64,000 nucleotides of DNA, taken from Isurus oxyrinchus (lineage: Eukaryota). The position numbers and the translations under genes are program-made. Where the stretch lies: NCBI GenBank assembly GCA_026770705.1, contig JANJGN010000003.1, forward strand, positions 156,178,001 to 156,242,000. The letters run 5' to 3'. Positions 1 through 13,334 of this stretch are shown here, in pieces. The notes under the pieces were generated by a model. That model was not told the DNA's origin and did not search any database. It was given only the letters and a program-made list of their open reading frames with translations. Positions within the stretch are counted from its first letter, which is position 1. Each line of letters starts with the position of its first letter.

Positions 1-789
1 TTGGTGCATAAAAAAGATTACTTGTCCGAACCACAGAAGTCAGGACATACAATGGACACATACCATAGCCAATCTATATAGGGTACCAACTTTCATCAGC
101 GTTCCAATCTGAGATTTAGCATTGTGTTACAGTCTGGCTCCTGAAAGATCATTGGTTAAATCTAATCAAATGGAAGTTCCTAAATTCCAAGAGCATTAGG
201 AGATAGTTTTCCCAGCGCAATTAGATTATTTACCGGGAACTGAAAAGGAAACATTAAAGCATGGTCTATGGCATCTTAGAGCATTATTTTGAATTTTATA
301 CACTGCATATTGGATGCATTTTACTCTGGTGCATAATAGGGAAATGCTAACTATGAACAAATGCTTTCATTTACATGTCCAGAAATAAACATTATTTTTG
401 TGTGTGTTTTTGTATTGCATGCTATTTTCTGCATGTCAATGTGTGTGGACATCCAGTGCAAAGTAAATCACACTAATTTTGTGCCTCATGAAGATGTTGT
501 GACAAGAAACAGTCCATTGTTAGTTCAAGACAATCCCTTTAAATCCAGTCACTGTGCTTAAGCAATTCAAAAAAATGTGTGTCGTTCAAAACCCTGTACC
601 AAACTTACTTTGATGCATGTGTTGCCAAGTCAGTTCAAAAACCTGGACTTCACATTATAAGCATGAGAGAATGAATCAAGCTAACTTGATAAACACAGGT
701 GGCAAGATTTGTTCCACTAAATGCATGACAGCCAATTATGAATCCCAGGAGAAATCCAGATAAGCCATTGTAACTGCTGAAAGGATATT

Positions 790-910
790 TAAGTGACTTC
801 CCTTCCTAATATCTCCTTCTTTGGCTCAGTAACCATTGTAGTCTGATTAAGCCTCTGGGAAGTGCCTTTGGACATTTTTCTATGTTATGTGCACAATATA
901 AATGCAAGCT
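790..910 (+). mobile_element. Old L2-type LINE/SINE 3' tail remnant
   Basis: ctccttctttggctcag...gaagtgcctttggacatttttctatgtta...tataaatgcaag resembles the tail also seen at 36385-36470; heavily diverged. Confidence 0.4.
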
Positions 911-1392
911 TTGTAGATGAGTTCATGTAGCTGAATTGAGTGATCAGAAGGTCATTGAAATCCTTAGACACCCTTAGGAAAAGATGAGTAGTTAAGTTCC
1001 GTACTCTGAAAAGATTGTAAGAAAGAACTATTATAAAGGTTATTTATTGAAAAAAGATCGTGATTTATTATTTTGTCTACTTGTGGAGTTAGATAAAAAC
1101 ATTTACTGTAAATAAATAACTAAATCATTGTTAAGAGGACTTATTCATTGTCTATTTATACATTTGTTTGATCTCAAACTACAAGTTGAGGTCTGAAGTG
1201 ATACTCTACCATGTTAGAAGATTAAATTATGGTCTTATAGAAGTATAGGGTTGTCCAGTGACAAATAGCAATTAACAAACAAGTTTATTGCTCATTTGCC
1301 CAGGTACATTATCAAAAGCTCAACTAGGTTTCAATACAAGGATAAAAATGAAGGTATGGGGAGTTGGAGACTGATTCATGAAAGTAATTTAA

Positions 1393-1907
1393 GGGTAGAA
1401 TTTACCCCCCGTCGATGGGGTTTTGCGGGGGCAGGGCAGGTGCAGACGGGCGCATGTGCTTGAAAGAGCGCAGAAATCTCCCTGAGACACAGAAGTGCCT
1501 CAGGGAGATTAGTTTTAAGTTTTAACAGTTCAATAAAGTGTTGAAAAAATTTTTATGACATGTCCCCTCATGTGAAACTGTCCCATGAGCTGGGACATGT
1601 ACATTAATTGCAATAAAAATTTTTGAGGAAGTTTAAAATCATTCATGAAACCGCATCCCGCCCGTGGATGAGGTTCCATGAAAAATGCGAAGGCTGCCTG
1701 GGCTCTTTGCCTGCCCGCCAACCTTAAGGTTGGTCGGGCAGCTCCGTTAATTGCTTTAATTGATAGTTAAATGGCCTTTGAGGGCTGCGCGCCTGCCAAA
1801 CTGGAAATCTAAATGACACGTGGTGACGTCGGGAAGCATGCCCGACGTCACCCTGTGTCATTTTCGCCTCAGCGAGCGGGTGCTCACTGAGCCGAAAATT
1901 CTCCCCC
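1393..1907. mobile_element. PIF/Harbinger-type MITE (family M1)
   Basis: Termini GGGTAGAATTTA...AAAATTCTCCCCC flanked by TAA (1390-1392) and TAA (1908-1910). Internal motifs (gcctcagggag, acatgtccc..catgtga, gaaaccgcatcc..gtggatgaggtt) are shared with copies at 4301, 17563, 27631, 58790 and 60893. Confidence 0.85.
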
Positions 1908-2081
1908 TAAGAAATGTAAGCCAAAATATACAAAATGTAACAGACATCAATTATGGGTGGAACCAGTGATCACATGGAACCTTTTTTTCTCCAATGCTAT
2001 GAGTAAATTCTGCCTGCTAAAGAAATATCTGCTAAATGAGATTAGCACTAGCATAGTGACACAATACTAATTTGCACCATA

Positions 2082-2323
2082 AACTAAAACAGAATTACCT
2101 GGAAAAACTCAGCAGGTCTGGCAGCATCGGAGGAGAAGAAAAGAGTTGATGTTTCGAGTCCTCATGACCCTTCAACCAGAACAACAGAAGTTCTGTTAAA
2201 GGGTCATGAGGACTCAAAACGTCAACTCTTTTCTTCTCCACCGATGCTGCCACACCTGCTGAGTTTTTCCAGGTAATTCTGTTTTTGTTTTGGATTTCCA
2301 GCATCCGCAGTTTTTTGTTTTTA
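2082..2323. mobile_element. Penelope-like element 3' end, inserted as an inverted repeat
   Basis: About 100-bp arms in inverted orientation, matching the terminus of the GIY-YIG PLE at 62096. Flanked by a 16-bp TSD: ACTAATTTGCACCATA (2066-2081) / ACTAATTTGCATCATA (2324-2339). Confidence 0.9.
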
Positions 2324-2646
2324 ACTAATTTGCATCATAGCAGACATGTTATTCCACTGTACCTATCAACTGTTCAGTAGTGAAGCACTGGAGAAAGTTT
2401 TTAACAGTCACTATTTAAATAAAGTCATAAATAAGTGTATACAGAATAAAATTAAAATTTTGTTATAGCAGAAATCTTGTTATTGGGTAGTATTCCACTG
2501 GGGTGCAAAACTTGGTGAGTTCCTTTTCTAAATGGTTCCTGTCCCATACGTGCATGGTTGGAACTGCTGCCACTGACTCAATCACTCTTTGAAAGAAAAT
2601 ACATGTTCCATTTCAATAATTACGGAGTGGCCACCACTGAACTTCT

Positions 2647-2955
2647 GTCATCTGTGGCTCAGCTGGTATCACTTTTGCCTCTGAGTCAGGTTGTAGGTTC
2701 AAATCCAATTCTGTGAGTTTAGCACAAAAATCGATTGCGGTACTGAGACAGTGCTGTACTGCCAGAGGTGCCGTCTTTTGGATGAGATGTTAAACCGAGG
2801 CATCCTCATATTACTGTTTGTGGGAGCTCGCTGTGTGCAGATTGGCTGCCACGTTTCCTACTTCACAACAGTGACTATACTTCAAAAGTACTTAATTGAC
2901 TACAAAGTGCTTTAGAATGTCCGGTACTCATGAAAAGAAATAAATCTTTTTTTTT
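2647..2955 (+). mobile_element. tRNA-derived SINE, DeuSINE (SacSINE1/AmnSINE1-like), internally deleted
   Basis: A-box TGGCTCAGCTGG and B-box GGTTCAAATCC, then a Deu-domain-like stretch (gtgctgtactgccagaggtgccgtcttttggatgagatgttaaaccgagg), an L2-like tail and a T-rich end. Family name is from recall. Confidence 0.7.
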
Positions 2956-3559
2956 CTATTTGCTTTCAAACCACCCAGGTAACTCGTACGATAAAGGGTG
3001 CTGGATTGAGAGAAAAAGCACATCAAAAATCTTTACAGCAAGTATGCAAAGAACAAATGCACATGGTACATCATTCATCTACTGAGGTAGCATGACAGAT
3101 TGTTGCAGATGCAGAGTTAGAGCAGAAAAAGAAGAATGAAACATAATCGAGAATATGTGCATTCATTTTAGTGAACTACTGAAACATATTAAATGTTATT
3201 GCACCGTTCAATCAACTTGCTAAAAGCGTTTCAGCAATGCACATTTTTATTTCATTTCAGCATTTTAAAAATACAACCTCGCTTACATGTAACTTTCAAC
3301 GCAATCGAAATTTGGATAACACAGTTTCCCCCTTGTGATTTTAATGTGTTCAGTCATGACAGGGTACAGTTCCAATGGAACAGGTTGCTCTGTGGCATGT
3401 CACCCAAGTTGTCATTCTTCATGGGTGAGCCAAGACAGTAAATGCCAACAGGTTAGTTACATATAGAGGTATCACAACCAAATTACTCTGAGCTTGTTCT
3501 TGACAAATTCCAACATACATTCCCTCTAGCAGGGATTAAGAGGGCAGGGATCAGCATCC

Positions 3560-4299
3560 AGGCTGGATTTTATGGAGGCGTGCAGGAGTCTCGCCTACTG
3601 GCTGGAGAGCTGGCAAGAGACCTGTGTTGCCTCCTTGGGGAAGGCCTGCTGGTATTAATTGCCACTGCCAGTGGCAGGTCTTTCCTGGGATCAAAGACCC
3701 AGGGTGGTGGGGGACCTGGAATTTGGGGGAAAGAAGTCCTGCATACAGAGAACGGCTGGCCAATCAGAGGCTCTTTTGAATGGTAGCACCACTGGGGAGA
3801 CCGTGGCTGCTGCCAGAATGACACCTACCAGAGGCCCAGGAACAAGGAGCAAACCAGGCTGCAGGTAAGTGATGGTGGGAGGGATTTTGCAGGGAGGGAT
3901 TTTGCAGGGAGGGGGTTGCAGGCAGAGGGTTGTCCCCACCCCCACTCCCCCACCCACTCCTGCTTCCCTCCTTCCTGATGCCACATCCCCTGGAGACCAC
4001 AAGCAGGCTACACTGTTTTACTTGTGGTGCATGCTGCATGTTGACAGACCCCCCCCATCTCCTGTCACTGGGTTAATACCAACAGTGGCTGGATGAGACC
4101 CTGGATGGTCATTAATTGCCAATTTAAGGGCCTCAATTGGCGGCAGGACGGGAAGTCCGACCCACAGGCCATCCTGCTCATGACTTAATTCTGGCAGAGG
4201 CAGAAAGGCGGTGGGTTTCAGGCATGCTACCGTCCTGCCTAATTTAATGCCCTCCATACAAGCCACATAAGATTCCACCCCATGGGTAAAATTTCTAGC
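3560..4299. mobile_element. Harbinger-type MITE (second family)
   Basis: Starts GGCTGGATTTTA and ends TAAAATTTCTAGC (imperfect TIR). GC-rich non-coding interior. Confidence 0.55.
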
Positions 4300-4300
4300 T

Positions 4301-4977
4301 TGGCAGGCGGGCGGGCGCCCAACCCCACCGAGCGTAAAATGACACGTGATGACGTTGGGCGTGCATCCCAACATCATCGCACACTTGTGCAATATTTTGA
4401 TCGGCGGGCATGCGCTGCAGTGGGCAGCAAGCTCGCCGACAATTAAAAGGCCTATTAAGGCCATTAAAAAGCTAATTAAAAGAGATTTTTCGCTGCCCAA
4501 CCAACCTTACGGTTGGCGGGCAGGCGAAACGGCCAAGCAGCCTTTGCACCTTTTTGGAAATCTCATCCACGGGCGGGATGAGGTTTCCTAAAGTAAATAA
4601 AAATCAAATAAAAACTATTTTTTAATTAATAACATGTCCCTGCTCATGTGACAGAGTCACATGAGGGGACATGTTTCATATCATTTATAAAATCTTTAAT
4701 TTTTTAAAAAATAAGTTCATCTCCCTGAAGCAGCTCTCTGCCTCAGGAAGAGTATGTAGTGTGCACTCGTGCACATGTGCGAAGATCCCACTCGCCCAGC
4801 TTGCACTTCTCCCCCTGCCTGCACAGGCAGCACTGAGCACTGCCACCTCGTGTTTCACGCTGAACAGGCCTTAATTGGCCCATCAGCGTGAAATTGCCTT
4901 CCAGGCCCGATCGCAGGCAGTGGTCGGCTACCCGACTGCACCTGCCGAGCCTGCACACCAAGGGCAAAATTCTGCCT
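4301..4977. mobile_element. Harbinger MITE family M1, opposite orientation to 1393, left end lost
   Basis: Reverse-complement similarity to 1393-1907 and 27631-28247; ends GGGCAAAATTCTGCC. Confidence 0.8.
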
Positions 4978-5559
4978 CATGTCTTATTTACCCCAGCCCA
5001 GGAGCAGCTGCGTTCAACTGCAGTGCCGAACCTACCTGGAAGAAACTATTCAAGTTCCTCCTGAAAAACTTGAAAATATGTCATGACAAGACTATATTCC
5101 TCTTAATTGATGGGATTCTTCTTATTCACTGATCACAACTGGAGTTCAAATACACAAACAATAATAACTGTGACAGTAATTTGAGAGAAAGAGCCCCTCA
5201 TTTCACTGTAAGCCACAAATTTATGCATTAACAGATCAATGCTATGCAATTAACAAGGGATTATTACGTGCGTAAAAATATCAGGTTCAGACAGATTGCT
5301 GTCTTAAAACATATCACTTCTGCTATTTATTTCTCTTAACAGTGCAAATAATACTTAAATATCTTATCACTATGTTTCTGGTTTGGTGATTGGTATAGTT
5401 GTGTTGCACAGATCAAGAATGCTGGAGATGATATTGGCAGTAAGTGTAGGTAAATGAATTTAACTGACTTACTGTGCACATAATCTCTGTGTATGTATAT
5501 ATGTATGAATCAAATAGGTGTATAACATAAACATAGTTATACTGAATGTACACATTGCT

Positions 5560-5945
5560 TTTCCAATGGCTTTAGTAGTGAATCCAATGAGTATTAAGTC
5601 ATATAAATCAGGAAAGTTGCACGTTTAATCGTCAGCCTTGCTGATCTTGTTCAGAGTTGAAGTTGGGGCATTAAAATTGGCTCCAGCACATCCAAGACAG
5701 CGATGGATAATTAACCAAATACCTTGCTACTGATTGTTATCTATTGACCACCTCCTAAAGCGGGAGTCGATATCAGGTGAGAACAGAATTGGCCTTGGCT
5801 ATGATGCCAATAGTTTGAAAAATACACTCCCTGGGTTCAAATATAAATAATGACCATTTGAGTGTGTTACTGAAGGGCAACTGGTGCCTGGAGAACTATA
5901 CCCCAGCAAGGAATCAAGACGTTTGGGAAGGGAGAATATTAGGAA
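5560..5945 (+). mobile_element. Old, highly diverged SINE-like repeat
   Basis: Resembles, from recall, an ancient chondrichthyan SINE (gctgatct...ttggggc..aattggc...gtgagaacagaattgg..ttggctatgatgcc...aactataccccagca); promoter boxes decayed. Confidence 0.35.
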
Positions 5946-7809
5946 GAGAGCATGAGGAGAAGACGGTCAGGAAAAAATGCCTTGCATGGATACCCTTATG
6001 TTTAGACTGGTGATAAACTTTTAAGCCTCTACTTTTGGGCTACAGGATTCATATATACATTTATTCATAGGCTAAAAGTCTATACCTGTCGATTAGGCTA
6101 GTGTTATCCATATACCTTTATGTTTGGACTATTATAAATGTGCTATTTTCTATCCCCACCCCATTTTCTTCTGATCTCACCTAGGTCATCTGCCAACTGT
6201 GTCTGAGACAGGAGGAAAACAAGTTGTTAAAGGACCTCCTGGGAATAATTACTTGCTGACTTCTTAACCTTCTTACTGGAATAGTACCTGGCTTAATTTA
6301 GCACATGCACATAATGACATGGCTGCAACTGGAAACTCAGTGGAGTGAGGAGGGAACTCAATCAATAGCGCACTTCTTGATGGAGTTTGTTGATTCTCAA
6401 ATGTGCTCAGTCACTACATCACTTACCTAGATTGAATTCTTTTCACATGCATCCACAGGTATGTGTCAGTGAAGGGGTTAACACCTATTCCTATTATTCC
6501 CTGTATTTGGGTTCTCAGTAATACTTCCTGAAAGATATAAATTATAGCAAAACTGTGCAAATATATTTCCAAGAAATGAATGGGTTACATGAGAATTCAG
6601 ACTTTAGATTCCAACATCATAGCCACTAAGTGTGACTGCATAGTTTATTTTGCTCAAGTCAGTTGCCTATACAACAGCAATTTACAAGACATCTGGTTCA
6701 CAGTGAAAAGCATCCTGCTAGTCTGCATGCTTCAAAGCACATTGTATACACAGGGAATTAAAATATTTTAACTGTGAGGTTACATGAAAAGGAGGGTTTT
6801 ACAAAACAAACAAAGCAAAGAAAAGAAGAAATGATTTAAACATGCACAGTTGACTCAGAGCTGACAGTGAAAGTAGATCAGTTGAGCATGCTGGTGTGAA
6901 AATCCTTGACCAGTTTTGAATGGCTTGTTATACATGAATGATTATAAAAACAGTTTAAAGAATGCAAGCTGATCTGATCTGAATTAATCACATTTGATTA
7001 CTGCTTTAAAAAAAATTGGGCAAAGTGGACTGACTTGAAAGCGACTGAAGCAATTCATCACTGTTCTCACACCTCAAAAGTGAACAGAGCAACCAGAAGA
7101 TAATCATTGTGCGATTGCATGAATATGTTTGACTGCATTTTTCAGCACTTTACATTTTCTCTAAGAGCTTTCTTGGTGATATCACAAATTGAAGAGATTG
7201 GTGTGTGACCAAAAGCTAATAAGCATTAACTTTGCAGCCATCTGGAGCACAACAAGTGGGATTTTACCAGGCCTCTGGAAGTGGGCTGGGAGGATGGAGG
7301 GCTGGTAAAATGGCAGCAGAGAGCATTGAAAGGGAATCCTGACGTTTTCCATGAAATATTGCAAGAGGTGGGGATGGCAGCAGCTCAGCCACACACTGAC
7401 CAGGGGCAGGAGGCCAATCAAGGTAATTAACTGGCTGTTAACAGCCATTTCACACCTCTGCTGGCATTTTATCTGCATCAGCACAGCTCCCAGCTGCTTG
7501 GGGAGCCTGCCAAGGCATTCTCCCAGTGGCTTCCCGAAGGGGCCTTCTTTCAGTGATGCTTCTTGGCCATTGGAGAGGTCCCACAGAGGCAATGACCGCA
7601 TCAGTAGCTCTGTCACTACCACTGGAAGGTTCACCCCTCTGATCACTGGCTTAGCCACATTAAAAAAATTCTTTCTAACCCTTCGAGGATGCCTCAGCAT
7701 GGAGGCTCCTTACCCCGTGACCTCAGCAGTGGCCATGTCTATCTATCTCTTAAAGGGGCAGAGAAATTTGGTTACAGGTAACTGTAACTGAACATTGTGA
7801 ACAATAATA

Positions 7810-9190
7810 GGTGCGGGAGAAGCTGGAAAGCCTCTCCCAGTTTACTTGATGTTGCTTTGGAGGTATTAGTGGGGGTGACCAGCAGGAGGGTGGAAACTTT
7901 CCACCAGGTGGCAGGAACATATCCAGGCAAGCTGCCAGAAAGAAGTGGGCAGAGGTGGCAGAGAGGGTGAGTGTCCAAAGCATGATCCTGACTTGACTGG
8001 AAGGCAGGCAAAGATCAATGCCCTCACAATAGTAAGCATCCTAACTTATATCTCTCACCACACTCTGCTTAGCCCTGCACCACCTGTAGCCCAGTATCCA
8101 CAAACCTTCCATTTCCTGATTTCCATAACTCACCTCCTTCAACAGTACTCTGCACTTGCTACTGTACTTAACATTATTTTCCCTGCCTCCACACACCCCT
8201 GTGCCATCTTTCAGACAGCAGCAATCTTGAGATGCACATCCTCAATACATAGTGCTACTTTTGAAATTGAACAGACTCCTCTTTGTTCCATGACAAGCTC
8301 ACATGCAATAAGAGAGAGCAGGCAAACCACAGGAGGAAGACGCCTCATTCATGTGCTGTCCCCACTGGTTGAACATCATGGACAGGGTCTGGATCGGCAT
8401 CTGGTGAGGCTAGAGGACCAGTTCTGCCAGGTTTGAAAACATCTTTCACTCATTCCCATCTCACTTAAATCTTACCTGACACACTATGCCTTCGCAGACC
8501 ATTCATCTGTCTCTGCTTACACATACCACTGAATACTAGTTGATGTCCCTTTCTTCCAATTCAGACCCAGAAGCATCACACAGCCCAGAGGGAGCAGAAG
8601 CAGAAAGGGGAAGTACAGTAGCAGAGGAGGCATCGACTTTACACTTGCAGACACCAACTCAGACAACCCATGTAGTGCAGAGAATAGGCTGGGAGGGTTG
8701 CCCATGTGAAAATTCGCCCAACATTAATGCACAGGAGCAAGGAAATGCGAGACAGCCCAGGAAGCAGCTCGCCAGCGAAAGTGCTCGCATCCTATCCCTT
8801 CTGCAGAAAACCCAGCTCAAGTCATTGCAGTCCCACCATACGTAAGACTGATGGCAATACACACAGACCTTTTAAGTGCCTTGTTCTGCCCATCAATAAG
8901 CTTGTGTACAATGTTGGAAAATGCGGAGGAGTCCCGCTCCAGTCTGTGTGCTGTCTTCACACAAGGCATCAAGAATATGCAGTCCAACATGGAGCCAGTG
9001 GTCAGTTCTCTGACCACTGCAGAAAGCTCCTTAACAATGGAGCCTCTAATGACAGCACAGATGGGAGTTCAGACTAATGCCATGTTGACTTTAGGTCCAG
9101 CAACTCCTCTGGCTTACAAAGCTGGAAGCACAGCACAGATGGTGGTGGGGGAGGGAAGAGTGTTTGGGGTGAGAGGACAGGTGCTCTAAA
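7810..9190 (+). pseudogene. Decayed Harbinger Myb/SANT-like DNA-binding protein gene (3 exon remnants)
   Basis: Frameshifted translation LLDVALEVLVGVTSRRVETF...KKWAEVAERVS...KINALT followed by gtaagc; exon-2-like KLTCNKRE..TGG..IHVLSPL at about 8295; acidic and helical exon 3 at 8545-9190. Same layout as the gene at 49370-51025. Confidence 0.7.
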
Positions 9191-9524
9191 AGCCTCACAA
9201 CACACCTTCCGTCTTTTCTCACAGAGAGTGACTACTGAGGCTCAGCTTCCTGGGAGGCGCTGGCTCCGCGGGAGAGGCATATACTGTCCTGTGAAAGCAC
9301 TAATATCCCTAATCCCCAGCCAGCCTCTCAAACGCTGCTCTGACTGCTGACAGACTGTCAGCTTGGCCAGACCCCTAACTGAAATTGAATGCCAGCCGTC
9401 TGCAGCCAGGTCTTGAGCAGCAACATCTCCAAAAGATCCGCCACCACAACCATCTCATCTCAAGTGTTCTCAGCCAAAGTTTAGCAGCTATCCACTTCTC
9501 ATGCTGGAGCAACTGGGGAACCAC

Positions 9525-10770
9525 CTTTTTAATTTACAGGGTGTGTGCATCGCTGGCTTGGTCAGCATTAATTGCCCATCCCTAATTGCCCTCGAGAAGG
9601 CGGCGGTGAGCTTCCTTCTTGAAGCACTGCAGTCCATGTGGTGTAGGTACACCCACAGTGCTGTTAGGGTTCCACGATTTTGACTCAGTGACAGTGATGG
9701 AATGGCGATATATTTCCAAGTCAGGATGATGAGTGACTTGGAGGGGTACTTACAGGCGGTGGTATTCCCACCTATCTGCTGCCCTTATCCTTCTGAATGG
9801 TAGAGGTCATGGGTTTGGAAGGTCCTGTCTAAGGAGGCTTGGTGAGTTGCTGCAATGCATCTTATATACAGTACACAGTGCTACTAATGTTCGTTGGTGG
9901 CGGAGGGAATTAATGGTTGTGGAAGAGGTGCTATCCAAGTGGGCTGCTTTGTCCTGGATGGTGTTGAGCTTCTCGAGTGTTGTGGGAATTGCACTCATCC
10001 AGGCAAGTGGAGAGTATTCCATCACACTCCTGCCTTATGACTTGTAGATGGTGGACAGGCTTTGGGGAGTCAGGAGGTGCATTATTTGCCGCACAATTCC
10101 TAGCCTCTCACCTGCTCTTGTATCCAATTTATATGGCTAGTTCAGTTCAGTTTCTGGTCAATTTTAAGCCCCAGGATGTTGATAATGGGGGATTCAGTGA
10201 TGGTAATGCCATTGAATGTCAAGGGGTGATGGTTAGATTCTCCCTTGTTGGGGATGGTCATTGCCTGGCACTTTAGTGTCACGAACGTTACTTGCCACTT
10301 GTCAGCTCAAGTTTTGATATTGTCCCGGTCTCGCTGCATTTGGACATGGACTGCTTCAGTATCTGAGGAGTTGTGAATGGTGCTTGAACATTGTGCAATC
10401 ATCAGTGAACATCCCCACTTCTGACCTTTTGATGGAAGGTCATTGATGAAGTAACTGAAGATGGTTGAGCCTAGGACACTACCCTGAGGAATTCCTGTAG
10501 TGATGTCTTGGAACAGAGATGATTGTCCTCCAACAACCACAATCATCTTCCTTTATGCTCAGTATGACTCCTAGAGGAGAGTTTTCCCCCTGATTCCCAT
10601 TGACTCCAGGTTTTCTACGGCTCCTTGATGCCACACTCAGTCAAATGCTGCCTTGAAGTCAAGGGCAGTCAATCTCACCTCACCTCTGGAGCTCAGCTCT
10701 TTTGTCCATGTTTGAATCAAGGTTGGAATGAGGTCAGGAGCTGAGTGACTCTGGTGAAACCCAAACTGAC
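9525..10770 (-). mobile_element. LINE-A (CR1/L2-group) RT and 3' end, 5' truncated
   Basis: RT motifs LTALDFKAAFD and PQGSVLGSTIFSYFINDLP; 3' tail shared with 55679-58699. Confidence 0.9.
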
Positions 10771-11515
10771 TGCCCCTAATTGCCCTTGAGAAGGTAGTGG
10801 TGAACCACTCACAAGAACCACTGCAGTCCTTGTGGTGTAGGTACTCACTCACAGTGCTGTTAGAGAGGGAGTTCCAGGATTTTGGCTCAGCGACAGTGAA
10901 GGAAGGGTATAAGATGGTGTAGAGGGGAACTTGAAGATGATGGCATTCCCATTTGCCTGCTGCCCTTGTCTTTCTAGGTGGGAGAGATCAAGGTTCTGGA
11001 AGGTACTCTTGAACTTGGTGAGTTGCTGCAGTGCATCTTGTAGCTTGTACACGCTGCTGTCAATATGCACCAGTGGTGGAGGGGGTGAATACTGAAGAAG
11101 GTGGAAGGAATGCCGATCAGACAGGCTGCTTTGTACTGAAAGCTTTATCAAACTTCTTGAATATTATTGGAGCTGCACTCATCCAGGCAAGTGAGAATAT
11201 TATATCACACTCCTGACTAGTGCCTTGTAGATGGTTAACAGGCTTTGGGGAGTCAGGAGGTGAGTTATTCATTGCAGGATTCCAAGTCTTTGACCTGCTC
11301 TTGAAGTGACAGTATTTATGTGGTTAATCCAGTAAAGTTTCACATCAATAGTGACCCCAGGATGTTGATAGTAGGGGAATTGGCAATGGTAATGCTGCTG
11401 AATGTCAATGGGAGATGGTTAGATTCTCTGTCATCGGAGATGGTTATTGCCTGGCACTTGTATGGTGCAAATGCTACTTGCCACTTGTCAGCCCAAGTCT
11501 GAATGTTGTTCAGTT
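10771..11515 (-). mobile_element. LINE-A 3' fragment (second tandem copy)
   Basis: Restarts at tgcccctaattgcccttgagaagg and repeats the 3' region of the preceding copy. Confidence 0.85.
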
Positions 11516-11534
11516 TTGCTTTTTGTTTAGTTAG

Positions 11535-11935
11535 AACTCATATAGCAAGGCTATTGTAATAATTGGTGCACTACAACTGTATCCAGCTTCCTGAGAGGAG
11601 TCATGCAGCAGTTGGAAAGGGGATAGTCCTTGTCCTTCAGCAGCCAGTCTGCCACCTGAAGGATTGGGTGGAACATAGGAAAATGGAACACTGGTACAAC
11701 ATGAAAACATCATGGCTATTGCGGGGAATCTGGACACAGACCTGGATGACTTGCTGCCTGTGCACACAGAAAATTGAACATTGAGCGAAAGGCATCCTGT
11801 TCTATTAAGAAATATAACTGGCTTGTGATCAGAAGCAACTGGGGCTATGTTGATGCAGTCCATAATGCCAAGTAGCTGTGGGAATCAAACAAATCCCAGC
11901 GTTCTTTCTTCCTGCTGTCAGCCTCCATGAGAAAG
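11535..11935 (-). pseudogene. Harbinger (HARBI1-like) DDE transposase fragment
   Basis: FPQLLGIMDCINIA..PVIFLNRTGCLSLNVQ..SRFP and WLLKDKDYPL..MTPLR match the family motifs GAIDCTH / NRKGFHSLNVQ / WLLGDKGYPL. Convergent with the Myb gene at 7810. Confidence 0.8.
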
Positions 11936-11937
11936 CT

Positions 11938-12557
11938 ATTGAACTGGTCCAGCCATGTAAATACTGTGGCTACAAATGCAGGTCAGAGGCAGGGAATTCT
12001 GTGGAAAGTAACTCACCTCCTGACTCCCCAAAGCCTGTTCACCATCTAAAATGCACAAGTCAGGAGTGTGATGGAAACTCTCCAGTTGCCTGGATGAGTG
12101 CAGCAGTCAAGAAGCTCGACACCATCCAGGGCAGAGCAGCCACTTGACTGGCACTCCATTTACCACAATAAACATTCACTCCCTCCACCACTGACACACA
12201 GTGGTAGCAGTGTGTACCATTTACAAGATGCACTACAGCAACTCACCAAGGCTCCTTCCAAACCCACAATCTCTACTGCCTAAAAGGACAAGGGCAGCAG
12301 ATACATGGGGACACCACCTCCTGCAAGTTCCCCTCTAAGTCACACACCATCCTGAGCTGGAAATATATCGCTGTTCCTTTACTGTCACTTGGTCAAAATC
12401 CTGGAACTTCCTCTCTAACAGCACTGTGGGTCTACCTACAGCACGTGGAATGCAGTGGTTCAAGAAGGCAGCTCACCACCACCAAGGGCAACTAGGGGTG
12501 GGCAATAAATGCCGGCCTAGTCAACGATATCCACATCCCATGAATGTATTTAAAAAA
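11938..12557 (+). mobile_element. LINE-A 3' fragment
   Basis: AWMSAAVKKLDTIQ translation; tail ...gggcaataaatgccggcctag...cacatcccatgaatg followed by an A-run. Confidence 0.9.
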
Positions 12558-13334
12558 AGGTTGTTGCTACCTGTCATCCTGCTGCTCTTTCTCCTGATCT
12601 GGGGACCTGAGGGTGAGTCAAGCAGGATTCCTACATTCACCAATTGAGAACAAGCAAATCCTCACGATAAGAGTTCAGATCGTACACAAACTCATTCTTC
12701 AATTGAATACCGTGGATTTCCACATGCATGTCGCACTGCAGGCCACCTCTAATGGACTAGCACAGTAAGCTGAGAGGAGAAGGGAGCATGAAGAGCAAAA
12801 GGCTCTGATTCGGCAATATCCTAACCAGCTGATGTGACACAAGAATCCCTAATTTGGGCAAGACTAGGCAGGCAACAAATCCATAAATCACTCAACAAGA
12901 AGCAGGCAGGAGGATCCTGAAGCAGTGCTAATTAAAGGGCTATTCAACAAGCTGCAGGTGATTATGTTTCTGAGGAGCCTTTGCTTAGGTAGAGTTGTTG
13001 AAAATACTGGATGGAATCATCCCAGATTTGCACTGTGCAGCAGTGGGCGGGAAAAAGAACCTTATACCTGCCAGCCACTATGGCGGCTCTTCAAGACGGA
13101 TTGTCCCAATCTTGCCTCATTAAGCATGCATTCCCGGGAAACACGCCATTTAGATGGCAGGCGGGCTTTTTTGGACATAGTAAAGGCCTGCCATAATGTC
13201 TTTACCTCCGCTCTGGCCACAGGAGGAACAGCAATCTCACCACTCCTGGCTTGGTAGGCGATGGTGATGTGGTCAGTGCCAATGCTGCACAGAAGAGGTT
13301 GGCCATCCAATGCAGACAGAGGATGAATGATCTC

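Noticed and set aside
2647-2715. tRNA gene
   Set aside because: A and B boxes are present but there is no complete cloverleaf, and the sequence continues into a SINE body.
2979-5449. Plus-strand exon-like segments (2979-3065, 3354-3451, 5412-5439/5449) with AG/GT borders
   Set aside because: The first two do not join in an open frame, the peptides are unrecognisable, and the one convincing exon is on the opposite strand.
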